A DNA stretch of 64,000 nucleotides, from NCBI GenBank assembly GCA_963762255.1, contig CAVXKA010000001.1:1472001-1536000 (forward strand). Reading direction: 5' to 3'. Source of the stretch: Candidatus Eiseniibacteriota bacterium (GTDB lineage Bacteria; Eisenbacteria; RBG-16-71-46; JABDJR01). The position numbers and the translations under genes are program-made. Positions 52,888 through 62,461 of this stretch are shown piece after piece. Under the pieces are notes generated by a model. That model did no database searches. It had not been told where the DNA came from and worked only from the letters and a program-made list of their open reading frames with translations. The number at the start of each line of letters is the position of its first letter. Within the stretch, counting starts at the first letter, position 1.

Positions 52888-52920
52888 CCCCGAAGCGAAC
52901 ATGCCTCGGGGTTTTTTTTG
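52888..52920 (+). terminator. Riboswitch attenuator terminator
   Basis: ccccgaagc...gcctcgggg stem followed by T8, between the aptamer and ribD. Confidence 0.75.
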
Positions 52921-52969
52921 TCGGTCTTGGCGGGTGGCGGGGCCGGGTGACGGCGAGGAGACGACTCTC

Positions 52970-54094
52970 TTGATCAGCATCGAGCGCGCGATGGGCCGGG
53001 CACTGACGCTGGCCCGCCGAGGCATGGGCGTAACTCGACCCAACCCGCCGGTGGGCGCGGTGCTCCTGCGCGACGGCGCGATCGTCGGCGAAGGGCATCA
53101 TGAAGCCGCCGGCAAGGACCACGCCGAGATCGCCGCGATCAAGCAGGCGGGCGATCGCGCGCGCGGGGCGACGCTGCTCGTGACCCTCGCTCCGTGCAAC
53201 CACCATGGACGCACGCCGCCGTGCGCGCCGGAGATCGTCAGGGTTGGTATCGCTCGCGTGTGCTTCGGCGCGCTCGACCCCAACCGCGGATCGGGAGACG
53301 GCATCGAAGTGCTTCGCACGGCGGGGATCGAGGTGATCCAGGGCCCGCGCCGCCGCGAGGCCGAGTACTTGATCGCGGGGTTCGCATCGCTCGTCGAACG
53401 CAAACGCCCCCGCATCGCGCTCAAGGTGGCTGCATCGTTGGATGGTCGGATCGCCGGCGCGAGCGGCGACTCGAAGTGGATCAGCTCCACAATCGCGCGG
53501 GCGTGGGCGCACCGACGCCGTCGCGAGGCCGACGCGATCCTGGTGGGATCGGGCACCGCGCTCAAGGACAACCCGGAGCTGACCACGCGGTCGGTGAAGG
53601 GCCGCTCGCCCGATCGTTTCGTATTGGATTCGAAGCTGCGCACGCCGGCGACCGCGCGCGTGTGGGCACAGGACGGCGCGCGGCGCGTGGCGGTGACGAC
53701 GGAAAGCGCGCCGCCCGAAGCGGCGGGAGCGATGCGCAGCCGCGGGGTCGAAGTGTGGACACTTCCCTCCGACGCGCAGGGGCGGCCCGATCTGCTTGCC
53801 CTCGCCGCGCGGATGGGCGAGGAGGGCTACACGAATCTTCTGGTGGAAGGGGGCGGCACCGTCGCGGGAGCGTTCTTCGCCGCGCAGCTCGTGGACGTGG
53901 CCTGGGTGGTGATGGCGCGGCACCTCCTGCTCGGAGGCGGCGGGCCGGGTTGGACCGAGGGACTTCGCGTGCCCTCGGTGGCGCGCGCGCCGAAGATCGC
54001 GCGCACGGATCTTCGCAAGCTTGGACCCGATTGGCTCATCACCCTTGTGCCGGAAGCGGCGACGTGGTGGGATCCGGAGATCGCGCATGTTTAG
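52970..54094 (+). CDS. ribD: Riboflavin biosynthesis deaminase/reductase RibD
   Basis: PNPPVGAV, HAE, PCNHHGRTPPC, KVAASLDG, SKWI, VEGGG; TTG start after gaggag (alternative ATG 52991). Confidence 0.95.
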   Translation: MISIERAMGRALTLARRGMGVTRPNPPVGAVLLRDGAIVGEGHHEAAGKDHAEIAAIKQAGDRARGATLLVTLAPCNHHGRTPPCAPEIVRVGIARVCFGALDPNRGSGDGIEVLRTAGIEVIQGPRRREAEYLIAGFASLVERKRPRIALKVAASLDGRIAGASGDSKWISSTIARAWAHRRRREADAILVGSGTALKDNPELTTRSVKGRSPDRFVLDSKLRTPATARVWAQDGARRVAVTTESAPPEAAGAMRSRGVEVWTLPSDAQGRPDLLALAARMGEEGYTNLLVEGGGTVAGAFFAAQLVDVAWVVMARHLLLGGGGPGWTEGLRVPSVARAPKIARTDLRKLGPDWLITLVPEAATWWDPEIAHV

Positions 54095-54728
54095 CGGCAT
54101 CATCGAAGCGGTGGGCACGGTCGCGCGGGTGGACCGCCGAGGCGGCGGCGTCGCGCTCGCGCTGCGCGTGCCCGAATCGTTGCGCGGCCTCGCACCGGGC
54201 TCGAGCGTGGCCGTCAACGGCACCTGCCTCACCGTCGTGAAGTCCGACGGCGACACGCTCGCCTTCGACGCAGTGGGCGCCACGATGACGCGCACGCTCC
54301 TCGGGAGCATCGAACCGGGCGCGCGTCTCAACTTGGAGCGAAGCCTCAGGCTCGGCGCTCCCGTGGACGGGCATCTCGTGACCGGCCACGTGGACGGCAT
54401 CGGTACGGTGGAGGCGCGCCGCCCCGGCGACGGCGCGGTCTACTTCGACATTCGCGTGCCCGAAGAGCTGGCGGCGCAAATCGCGGCGCGCGGCTCGATC
54501 GCGGTGGACGGCGTGAGCCTCACCGTGGCCGAGGTGCGCGGGCTCGTGTTCACGGTCTCGATCGTGCCCTACACGATCAAGGAAACCATCCTGGGAGACT
54601 ACCGGCCCGGGCGACGCGTCCATCTGGAGACGGACGTCCTGGCCAAGTACGTCGTGCGGGCGCTGAGCGCGGAGGAGGGCCGCCGAGGCCTCGCCGCGTG
54701 GCTCGCGGAAACGGAGAAGACATCATGA
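54087..54728 (+). CDS. ribE: Riboflavin synthase (alpha chain)
   Basis: MFSGIIE, NGTCLTV, NLERSL, GHLVTGHVDG and DGVSLTV motifs. Confidence 0.95.
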   Translation: MFSGIIEAVGTVARVDRRGGGVALALRVPESLRGLAPGSSVAVNGTCLTVVKSDGDTLAFDAVGATMTRTLLGSIEPGARLNLERSLRLGAPVDGHLVTGHVDGIGTVEARRPGDGAVYFDIRVPEELAAQIAARGSIAVDGVSLTVAEVRGLVFTVSIVPYTIKETILGDYRPGRRVHLETDVLAKYVVRALSAEEGRRGLAAWLAETEKTS

Positions 54729-56020
54729 GCGGCATCGACGAGGTCCAAGTCGACCGCGAGATCCGGTTCGACACCATTGAGGAGGCGGTGGCCGACCTCA
54801 AGGCGGGGAAGATGATCGTGGTGCTCGATGCGGAGGACCGCGAGAACGAGGGCGATGTCGTGTGCGCGGCGGAGCTGATCACCCCCGCGCACGTGAACTT
54901 CATCATCCGTGAGGCGCGCGGGCTCTTGTGCGTGCCGATGTCCGAGGATCGCCTGGCGCGGCTCGGCCTGGATTCGATGGTGAGGCAGAACACGGCGCCG
55001 ATGGGAACCTCCTTCACGGTCTCCGTGGACGCCGTGCGCGGCACCACGACCGGGATCAGCGCGCAGGACCGCGCGGTCACGATCCGCGCCCTGGCCGATC
55101 TGCACACCCGTCCGGAGGATCTCGCGCGTCCGGGTCACGTGTTCCCGTTGAGCGCGGTGCAGGGCGGTGTGCTGCGCCGCGCGGGCCACACCGAGGGTGT
55201 GGTGGATCTCATGAACCTCGCCGGGCTCCAGCCGGTGGGCGCTCTGTGCGAGATCCTCGACGAGGACGGCACCATGGCCCGCCCCCCGTATCTCTTCCGC
55301 TTCGCGCGCAAGCACCGTCTCAAGGTGATCTCGATCGCGCAGCTCATCGAGCACCGCTTCAAGACGGACAAGCTGGTGCGGCGCATGACGACCACCAAGC
55401 TCCCCACACGCTACGGCGATTTCGAGCTACATCTCTACAAGAGTTCGGTGGAGGATCGCGAGCACCTGGCGCTGGTCAAGGGCGACCCGTCCGCGCACGG
55501 CCCCGCACTGGTGCGGCTGCACTCGTCGTGCCTGACCGGCGATATCCTCGGGTCGCTGCGCTGCGATTGCGGGGAGCAGGTCACCGAGGCGCTGGAGCGC
55601 ATCGAGGCCGAGGGCGCGGGTGTCTTCCTCTATATGATGCAGGAAGGACGCGGCATCGGGCTCGCCAACAAGATCCTCACGTACGCGCTACAGGACGAGG
55701 GACTCGACACCGTGGAGGCGAACGTGCATCTTGGGTTCAAACCCGACGAGCGCCACTACGGCGTGGCGGCGCAGATCCTCAGCGATCTGGGGGTGACGGA
55801 GGTGCGTCTCCTCACCAATAATCCCGCCAAGCACATCGGCCTGGAGACGTTCGGCATCCGCATCACGGAGCGGGTGCCGCTGGAGGTGGGAACGAACCCC
55901 GCCAACCTTCGCTATCTCGCCACCAAGCGCGACAAGATGGGGCATCTGCTCGATCTCGGCGGGGCCCCCGCGGCGCCGGGCGGCGCGCCCGATTCCGAAA
56001 GGAGAAACGGACATGAATGA
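54725..56020 (+). CDS. ribBA: DHBP synthase / GTP cyclohydrolase II
   Basis: DRENEGD, RPGHVFPL, RAGHTE, HSSCLTGD, RCDCG, QEGRGIGL and LTNNPAK motifs. Confidence 0.97.
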   Translation: MSGIDEVQVDREIRFDTIEEAVADLKAGKMIVVLDAEDRENEGDVVCAAELITPAHVNFIIREARGLLCVPMSEDRLARLGLDSMVRQNTAPMGTSFTVSVDAVRGTTTGISAQDRAVTIRALADLHTRPEDLARPGHVFPLSAVQGGVLRRAGHTEGVVDLMNLAGLQPVGALCEILDEDGTMARPPYLFRFARKHRLKVISIAQLIEHRFKTDKLVRRMTTTKLPTRYGDFELHLYKSSVEDREHLALVKGDPSAHGPALVRLHSSCLTGDILGSLRCDCGEQVTEALERIEAEGAGVFLYMMQEGRGIGLANKILTYALQDEGLDTVEANVHLGFKPDERHYGVAAQILSDLGVTEVRLLTNNPAKHIGLETFGIRITERVPLEVGTNPANLRYLATKRDKMGHLLDLGGAPAAPGGAPDSERRNGHE

Positions 56021-56630
56021 GTACAAGGGCTCTTTGGACGGTTCGGGGAAGCGGTTCGCCATCGTGGCGTCGCGCTTCAACGAGAGCTTCGTCACCCACA
56101 TCGTGGACGGCGCGGTGGATTGCCTTCAGCGGTTGGGCGCGGAAGAGGACGACGTCGATCTCTTCTGGGTGCCGGGTTCGTTCGAGGTGCCCCAGGGCGC
56201 GCGCGCGGCGGCGATGAGCGGCAACTACGACGCGGTCCTCGCGCTCGGCGTGCTCATCCGCGGAGCCACGCCGCACTTCGACCTGATCGCCGCGGAGGTG
56301 ACGCGGTCGATCGGCGCGGTGGGACGCGACACCGGCGTGCCGACGATCTTCGGCATCGTGACTGCGGATACCATGGAGCAGGCGGCCGAGCGCTGCGGAG
56401 CCAAGATGGGCAACCGCGGGTGGACCGCGGCCGAGGCGGCGGTGGAAATGGCCAATCTCGGCGAGGCGTTCTCGGGATGGCGCGGCCCCGGCGAGGCGGA
56501 AGCGGTGGTACACGAGCACGAGCACGACCACGAGCACGAGCCGGCGGCTCCCGCGCCCGCCAAGCGGCGCGCCCCCGCGGCCCGGAAAGGCGGCAAGGGT
56601 GACCGGAACCGACGACGCGCCGGCGCATAA
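56013..56630 (+). CDS. ribH: Lumazine synthase with His/Glu-rich and basic C-terminal extension
   Basis: VASRFN, VPGSFEVP, GVLIRGATPHFD, FGIVT, QAAER; about 50-aa tail containing HEHEHDHEHE. Confidence 0.95.
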   Translation: MNEYKGSLDGSGKRFAIVASRFNESFVTHIVDGAVDCLQRLGAEEDDVDLFWVPGSFEVPQGARAAAMSGNYDAVLALGVLIRGATPHFDLIAAEVTRSIGAVGRDTGVPTIFGIVTADTMEQAAERCGAKMGNRGWTAAEAAVEMANLGEAFSGWRGPGEAEAVVHEHEHDHEHEPAAPAPAKRRAPAARKGGKGDRNRRRAGA

Positions 56631-57066
56631 GGGACTCGTCCCCACCCACGGCCCTCGTCGACGCGCGCGCATCGCGTGCGTGCAGGCGCTCTATCGGGCC
56701 GATGTCGTGGGCGATTCCTTGAGCGCGGTTCGCGACGAAGTCGCGGCCGACACCGGGTTGCCCGACGAGGCGCGCGACTACGCGGGTCGATTGCTGTGGC
56801 TGGTGGAGGAGCGCGGCAAGGAGATCGACGCTACGATCTCGGCGGCGCTCACGCGGTGGGATCTCAAGCGGCTAGCGGTGATCGATCGCGCGGTGTTGCG
56901 CATGGCGACTGCGGAGGTGCTGTTCGCTCCGGAGGTGCCGGTGCAGGTGCTGCTCAACGAGGCCATCGAAATCGCCAAGCGCTTCGGGTCGAACGAATCG
57001 GGAAGGTTCGTGAACGGGGTGCTGGACCGTGTCGCTCGCGAGCAACGCGGCAAGGAGGCGGAGTGA
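56599..57066 (+). CDS. nusB: Transcription antitermination factor NusB
   Basis: RRRARIACVQALY, IDRAVLR, NEAIEIAKRFG, FVNGVLD; conserved position after ribH. Confidence 0.95.
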   Translation: MTGTDDAPAHKGLVPTHGPRRRARIACVQALYRADVVGDSLSAVRDEVAADTGLPDEARDYAGRLLWLVEERGKEIDATISAALTRWDLKRLAVIDRAVLRMATAEVLFAPEVPVQVLLNEAIEIAKRFGSNESGRFVNGVLDRVAREQRGKEAE

Positions 57067-57797
57067 GAACGGGGATCATCTCCGACATTCACGCCAACCT
57101 CGACGCTCTCAAGGTGGTCCTCGACGACCTGCGCGCGCAGAACGTGGATCGCGTGGTGTGCCTCGGCGACATCGTCGGCTATGGCCCCGAGCCCAACGAA
57201 TGCGTGCAGCGGGTGCAGGAGACATGCGCCTTCACTGTCGTCGGCAACCACGACTACGCCGCGCTGGGACGGCTGGATACGCTCGCGTTCAACGACTACG
57301 CGCGGGCGGCGGCGGACTGGACCTCGGAGGCGCTCTCGCCCGAGTCGCGCGCATTCCTGGAGCAGTTGCCCCTGACCAAGGAGCTGGATGGGATGCTCCT
57401 GGTGCACGCGAGCCCGCTGGCTCCGGAAGAGTGGACGTACGTGCTCTCGTACCATGAAGCGGAACGGCAGTTCGCGGCGTTCACCGAGCGGCTCTGCTTC
57501 ATCGGGCACTCGCACCTGCCGGTGGTGGTGGAGAATACCGACGGTCACGTCGAAGCGCTGCGCTATCCGAATGGCGACCCGCTGCCGCTGCGCGCCGAGT
57601 GCCGTTACCTCATCAACGTCGGCAGCGTCGGTCAGCCGCGCGACCGTGATCCGCGAAGCGCATACGTGGTGTACGACTCCGAGGCGGACACCGTGTTGCT
57701 GCGGCGACTGGAGTATCCGGTGCGCGAGGCGCAGGCCAAGATCATCGACGCCGGGTTGCCGCCGTTTCTGGCGTTCAGGCTCGATTCCGGCGTCTAG
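57063..57797 (+). CDS. Metallophosphoesterase (calcineurin-like)
   Basis: SDIHAN, LGDIVGYG, GNHD, HASP, GHSH and NVGSVGQPRD motifs. Confidence 0.9.
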   Translation: MRTGIISDIHANLDALKVVLDDLRAQNVDRVVCLGDIVGYGPEPNECVQRVQETCAFTVVGNHDYAALGRLDTLAFNDYARAAADWTSEALSPESRAFLEQLPLTKELDGMLLVHASPLAPEEWTYVLSYHEAERQFAAFTERLCFIGHSHLPVVVENTDGHVEALRYPNGDPLPLRAECRYLINVGSVGQPRDRDPRSAYVVYDSEADTVLLRRLEYPVREAQAKIIDAGLPPFLAFRLDSGV

Positions 57798-59053
57798 CCC
57801 GTCACCGTCGGATCCGTCACGCGGCCGAGGAACAGGATGCTCCCGGTCACGTTGTCGCGGATCAGGAAGAGGAACGGGTGGTCCGCCGTGAACGGCATCG
57901 GCATGCTGGTCTCGCCCACGGAGATGCCGGTGGCCGCGGCCGCCTCGGTGCCTTCCTCGTTCACCTTCACGAACGCCTTGTGCACCGCGGTCTGCACGAA
58001 GAGATCGCGCGCGCCGTCGATGCCGGAGAGGTCCGCAGCCACCGGATCGAAGACCGACGGCATCCCCATGTCGGCGAGCATGCCGTTCAGTGAGAAGAAC
58101 TTGGTCGTCTCGAAGCGCGGGAAGTAGATCGACTGTTCCCGCTCGACAAGACCGGCGAGCCAGGTGTTCAGGTTCTCCACCGTCAAGCGATCTTCGAGCG
58201 CCTTGAGGCCATCGGTCGTCTCGGGGAGGAGCACGATCATGGAGAGATCCTTCCCCTTGTAGGGCAGCTCCAGGATCGAGACGCCTTCCGCCTGGCCCGA
58301 CAGGAACTCCGCCTCCACCGTCATCATGTCGACGGTCACAGTGCTGGTCGGTGTGACGTGGAACGGAACCTTGCTCGTCTTCTTCTCGTCGAACTGGGTC
58401 AGCCACGTCCCCTTGAAATAGATGGCGTTGGTGAGCACGAGGCGTGTCATCCCGTTGATCGAGCCGGGAGTCATGAGGTTCTGGATGCGGTCCTCTGTCT
58501 TCTGCGCGACCCAGTCATTGATGGTGCCGCGGCATGCCTCGGGGGCGCCCGCGAAGTCCATGGGTTGGAGTTCCGCGCCGTACATGTCGCGCGTCACCGC
58601 GAGATAGTCGGAGAGAAATGGAAATCCCTCTTGGCCCCACAACCGATTGGCGACGTTGAGGCGATAGCCCTCGAATGCGATGCCGCGGTCGATGCTGGCC
58701 AGCAGCTCGCGATAGAGCGGGTGCAGGCGATCCTGGGCGAGCGGAAAGTGGAAGACCTGCGCGATCTCCGCCTCGGTCTGCGTCCGCGCGCCGGCGTGGA
58801 GCATCGCAAACGCGGTCGAGATGCTGAAGGGCGAGAAGAAGAGGTTGCCCTCCTCGTCGCCCAGCTCGCGGTAGAGATCGAGAGCGAAGGCGGTGTTACC
58901 GGCGACGACCTCGCTCGCTTCGGCCTGGTACTCGACCGGGAGCTGGCGCGTCTGCAGCGGGTCGCCCGGCTTGGACGGATTGTCAGAAACGCAACTCAAG
59001 AGCGCCGCTGCCGCGAAGAGTCCGATGGCGAAGAGCTTCGTGAGCTTCAACAT
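57794..59053 (-). CDS. Serpin, lipoprotein
   Basis: Lipobox LLSC; NLFFSPFSI, INDWV, NAIYFKG, hinge EEGTEAAAAT, ADHPFLF, LFLGRV. Confidence 0.95.
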   Translation of the reverse strand: MLKLTKLFAIGLFAAAALLSCVSDNPSKPGDPLQTRQLPVEYQAEASEVVAGNTAFALDLYRELGDEEGNLFFSPFSISTAFAMLHAGARTQTEAEIAQVFHFPLAQDRLHPLYRELLASIDRGIAFEGYRLNVANRLWGQEGFPFLSDYLAVTRDMYGAELQPMDFAGAPEACRGTINDWVAQKTEDRIQNLMTPGSINGMTRLVLTNAIYFKGTWLTQFDEKKTSKVPFHVTPTSTVTVDMMTVEAEFLSGQAEGVSILELPYKGKDLSMIVLLPETTDGLKALEDRLTVENLNTWLAGLVEREQSIYFPRFETTKFFSLNGMLADMGMPSVFDPVAADLSGIDGARDLFVQTAVHKAFVKVNEEGTEAAAATGISVGETSMPMPFTADHPFLFLIRDNVTGSILFLGRVTDPTVTG

Positions 59054-59152
59054 CTTGCCGTCCTCCCGAAGTGGGGTCGAGGGGCTGAACGGGTGTCCAG
59101 GATCGTGCATCACTGCATCTTACTCCCGTTTTCTAGCCGCGGTTCCCGCCAG

Positions 59153-60712
59153 TTACGGGTCCACCACGCGACCCATGAACAGGATCGTCCCGGTCGTGTT
59201 CTCCTGGATCCACCAGAGGAAGGGGTGGTCGACGCGGACGACGACGGGCTCCTCCCATTCCATGGTGCTCCCGGTGGCAATATGCGCGGTCGCCGCCGAG
59301 GCCTCGGTGCCTTCCTCATATGCATCCACCGCGGCAGCGTGGAACGCCCCAGAAACGTGGAGCTGCCCCGCAGCCATAGGATCCTCGATGGCACCGAGCA
59401 AGTCACACTCACCAGGGCGGAACGCGCGAGAGATGCCGATGTCTTGAAGCACTGGAACAAGATCCCATTCGGATGCAGCTCTCCATCGGGGCAGATGCAA
59501 CTCCACGCGGCTCGGCCCGGCGCAACCTCGAACAGCCGCAATCGCGTGCGCGTCAAGCCGGCGCTCCAGGTCCGTCAAGCCGTCCCGCGCCCGTGGAAGG
59601 ACGATCATCATCCCGATGTTTCCGCCTCGGTAGTCGAGCCGTACCACCTGCTCATCATCGGTTTCTCCGTAGAGAGTCTCCATGGTGGATTGCATGGTGG
59701 GGACCTTTGTTGAATCGGTCTGGCCGACCCAGAAGGTCTCATCGGCGGTGAGTCCTTCGGCGAACGGGTGGAGCCATCGCGAGCGGAAGAAGACCGTGTT
59801 GGCGAGAACGAGGGCCGTGCTCACATCGATAGAGCCCACAGGGATCAGTTCCGGGATCCGTCCCCGTGTCCCGTCGCGCGCCCAACGATTGATAGCATTG
59901 CGGCCCTGCTCGGGCGCGCCACTGAAATCGATAGCGGCTACGGTGTCGGCCGGGATGGATCGTGCCGACTCCATGAAGCCCTCACGCAGGCGCAGCTTTC
60001 CATCGAACCACGCGCCGTTGGCCAGTCGCCATTGGCCTCCAGTCGTGAAGGTGATGACATCCAGGTAGGCTCGCAGCGTGTCCAGCGTGCTCAAGAAACG
60101 GGGCGCGCCCTCTTGTGCGTGCAGAACAGCGATGATCTCACCGGCCGTTTCGCCCCGAGCACCGCGCAGGAGTAAACCGCATGAGGCGGCGACACAGAGC
60201 GGGGAGTGGATGGAGTTGCCGCCGTGGCGCGCCAGCTCCTGGTGCAGACGGGCGGTAAACTCGTCACTCACAACGGGGGTTGGTGCTAGAGGCGGCCGCG
60301 AATCCGAGCGGATGCGCATCGGCTCGATCCCGAGCTGGGCATATCGGGGATCGGGTCGAGGAAGTGTGCAACGGAGGGCGAAATCGATCGTTGCTTCACG
60401 GCCCTCGCCGACGACGCAGGGCGTCTCAACCGATGCGTAGCCAAGAAAGGTCGCCCGCAGCACATATGACCCGGGTGGGACGTTCGCCATCCGGAACTGC
60501 CCCGTGGTGTCCGCCATCGCGCCAAGGCGCGTGCCAAGCAGGATTACGTTGGCGAAGCGTATGGGGCGACCGTCTTCCGCACCTCGCACGGTCCCGGCGA
60601 TAGTGCCGGCGGGGCGCGCGGACGGCCCAGTTTGGGCACGCGCGACTGGCGCGGGCGCGGCGACCAGGAGAAGGAGTACGGCGAATGGTGCGAGGTGAAG
60701 CGTACGCGTCAT
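59153..60712 (-). CDS. Serpin with N-terminal CarboxypepD_reg-like domain
   Basis: GTIAGTV...FANV...GQF...PGSY...FLGY, then serpin core with EEGTEASAAT and DHPF. Confidence 0.88.
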   Translation of the reverse strand: MTRTLHLAPFAVLLLLVAAPAPVARAQTGPSARPAGTIAGTVRGAEDGRPIRFANVILLGTRLGAMADTTGQFRMANVPPGSYVLRATFLGYASVETPCVVGEGREATIDFALRCTLPRPDPRYAQLGIEPMRIRSDSRPPLAPTPVVSDEFTARLHQELARHGGNSIHSPLCVAASCGLLLRGARGETAGEIIAVLHAQEGAPRFLSTLDTLRAYLDVITFTTGGQWRLANGAWFDGKLRLREGFMESARSIPADTVAAIDFSGAPEQGRNAINRWARDGTRGRIPELIPVGSIDVSTALVLANTVFFRSRWLHPFAEGLTADETFWVGQTDSTKVPTMQSTMETLYGETDDEQVVRLDYRGGNIGMMIVLPRARDGLTDLERRLDAHAIAAVRGCAGPSRVELHLPRWRAASEWDLVPVLQDIGISRAFRPGECDLLGAIEDPMAAGQLHVSGAFHAAAVDAYEEGTEASAATAHIATGSTMEWEEPVVVRVDHPFLWWIQENTTGTILFMGRVVDP

Positions 60713-60916
60713 TGCGGGCTACCTCATTTCTCTTGAGGCTGAGGCGGTGGCGCGCGGATCTACGACCCGACCCATGAACAGGATCGTCCCGGTCGTGTTC
60801 TCCTGGATCCACCAGAGGAAGGGGTGGTCGATGTGGACGGAGACCGGTTCCTCCCAATCCATGGCACTCATGGTGGCAATATGCGCAGTCGCCGCCGAGG
60901 CCTCGGCGCCTTCCTC
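59169..60916. repeat. 149-bp direct repeat at the 3' ends of serpins 2 and 3 (59169-59317 and 60768-60916)
   Basis: Ungapped alignment by hand: a 64-bp identical block and about 13 mismatches in total. Confidence 0.85.
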
Positions 60917-62332
60917 GTCGACTTCTATCGTCGCTGCGTGGACGGCTGAGGACACGTAGACCCGCTTCGCGAGATACTCGCTCTCGATGGCCCGGGATAG
61001 ATCGCACCGACCCTCTTCGAATACCTTGGAGACGCCAAGAGCGCGCAAGACGGGAATGAGATCCCAACGGGATTCCATTTTCCAGCGAGGCAGGCGGAGA
61101 TCGACCTCTCGGGTCTTGAGAACCTCTCGGAGCTCTTTGATCAAGGGGCCATCCAGACGTCTTTCGATACCGGCGAGGCCATCTCGGGACCCGGGAAGGA
61201 CGATGACCATGCCGATGTCGCTTCCCCGGTAGTCCAGGCGGACGACTTGCGCGTCCGCGACGTTTCCATAGGAGATCTTCGAGGCCGATCGCATGGTGGG
61301 CACGCTGATGGGATCGGATCCGTTGACCCAGAACGGCTCATCGCGGGTCTCGCCCTTGCCGAAAGGATCGAGCCAACGCGCGTGCAGGTAGAGGGCGCTG
61401 GCGAGAACGATCGCGGTCTCGCGATGGACCGCTTCAGGGGCCAGGATGTCAGGGATCCGGTCTCCCGTCTGCTTGCGGACCCAGTCGTTGATGGCCGTGC
61501 GGGCCTCTTCCGGGGCGCCTTGGAAGTCCAGAACGCCGACTGTATCCGCCGGATCGGAGCCGATCGACTCGACATAGTCGCCGTGCGGGGCGACGGCGCG
61601 GTCGAACCAGGCGCCATTGGCCATGTTCCAACTGTCTCCGAGGACCGTGGTGCTCTGGCTTAGAAAGGACCCTATCCACCCTAGCCCGGTGAGCAGTTCC
61701 TCCCCGTCCTGTTTGGTCTGAAGTGCTTGCGCGATTTCTCGTGCGGTCTCACCGTGGGCGGCGCGCATGAGAAGGGCGCTCGCGGCGGTCACGCAGAACG
61801 GAGAGTGAACGAGGTTGCCTCCGGATGGGGCCAGTTCTCGATGGAGTCTTGCGGCGAAGGCGTCCCAACCCGCTACCTGCTCGGGGCGCGGGAAGAGATG
61901 GATGCTGCGGAGCGGCACCCAATCCCACTTGTCGATCCGGAAGGAGGCAACCCCGTTCCGCGCGGTCACGAGTGGGGGTGCGACAATCGTCGTGCGGATG
62001 GTGAAGGCGATTGCAGCTTCAGCGCCACCCTTCACCACCACGGTCGTCTCGGCCGGCGCGTATCCGAGGAAGCTCACGCGAAGGCGGTGCTCACCCGGGG
62101 GAACGTTCTCGATCCGGAACTCGCCGAAGGGATTCGTCGTGTCCGCCAGCTTGGTTCCGAGGACGGTGACCTGCGCATACTGCTTGGGCATGCCATCCAC
62201 GTCACGCACGGTCCCGCTAATCGTTCCGGGGGCGCGCGCCAGCGGGGATTCCGAATCCTGCAATCCGAGCAGAGGAGAGACGGCAACGACGATCAATATG
62301 ACAAAGAGAATCTTCTGAATCTGTCGTGGCAC
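60719..62332 (-). CDS. Serpin with N-terminal CarboxypepD_reg-like domain
   Basis: GTISGTV...GEFRIENVPPG...SFLGY, then serpin core with EEGAEASAAT and DHPF; GTG start at 62332 tentative. Confidence 0.88.
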   Translation of the reverse strand: MPRQIQKILFVILIVVAVSPLLGLQDSESPLARAPGTISGTVRDVDGMPKQYAQVTVLGTKLADTTNPFGEFRIENVPPGEHRLRVSFLGYAPAETTVVVKGGAEAAIAFTIRTTIVAPPLVTARNGVASFRIDKWDWVPLRSIHLFPRPEQVAGWDAFAARLHRELAPSGGNLVHSPFCVTAASALLMRAAHGETAREIAQALQTKQDGEELLTGLGWIGSFLSQSTTVLGDSWNMANGAWFDRAVAPHGDYVESIGSDPADTVGVLDFQGAPEEARTAINDWVRKQTGDRIPDILAPEAVHRETAIVLASALYLHARWLDPFGKGETRDEPFWVNGSDPISVPTMRSASKISYGNVADAQVVRLDYRGSDIGMVIVLPGSRDGLAGIERRLDGPLIKELREVLKTREVDLRLPRWKMESRWDLIPVLRALGVSKVFEEGRCDLSRAIESEYLAKRVYVSSAVHAATIEVDEEGAEASAATAHIATMSAMDWEEPVSVHIDHPFLWWIQENTTGTILFMGRVVDPRATASASREMR

Positions 62333-62461
62333 GATCGAGTCCCCCAGCCCTGGAACGATCAACCCCGGGGGTCGCCGCGAGTATGGCTCTTTTCGCCTCG
62401 CGATGCAACCACCCGGGGTCGGTATTGAAACGCGGGCGCCCCGTCGCGCCCGCGCGTTCAT

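Noticed and set aside
59169-60916. Serpin repeat as a diversity-generating retroelement TR/VR pair
   Set aside because: Mismatches are not adenine-specific, both copies are coding, and there is no reverse transcriptase in the window
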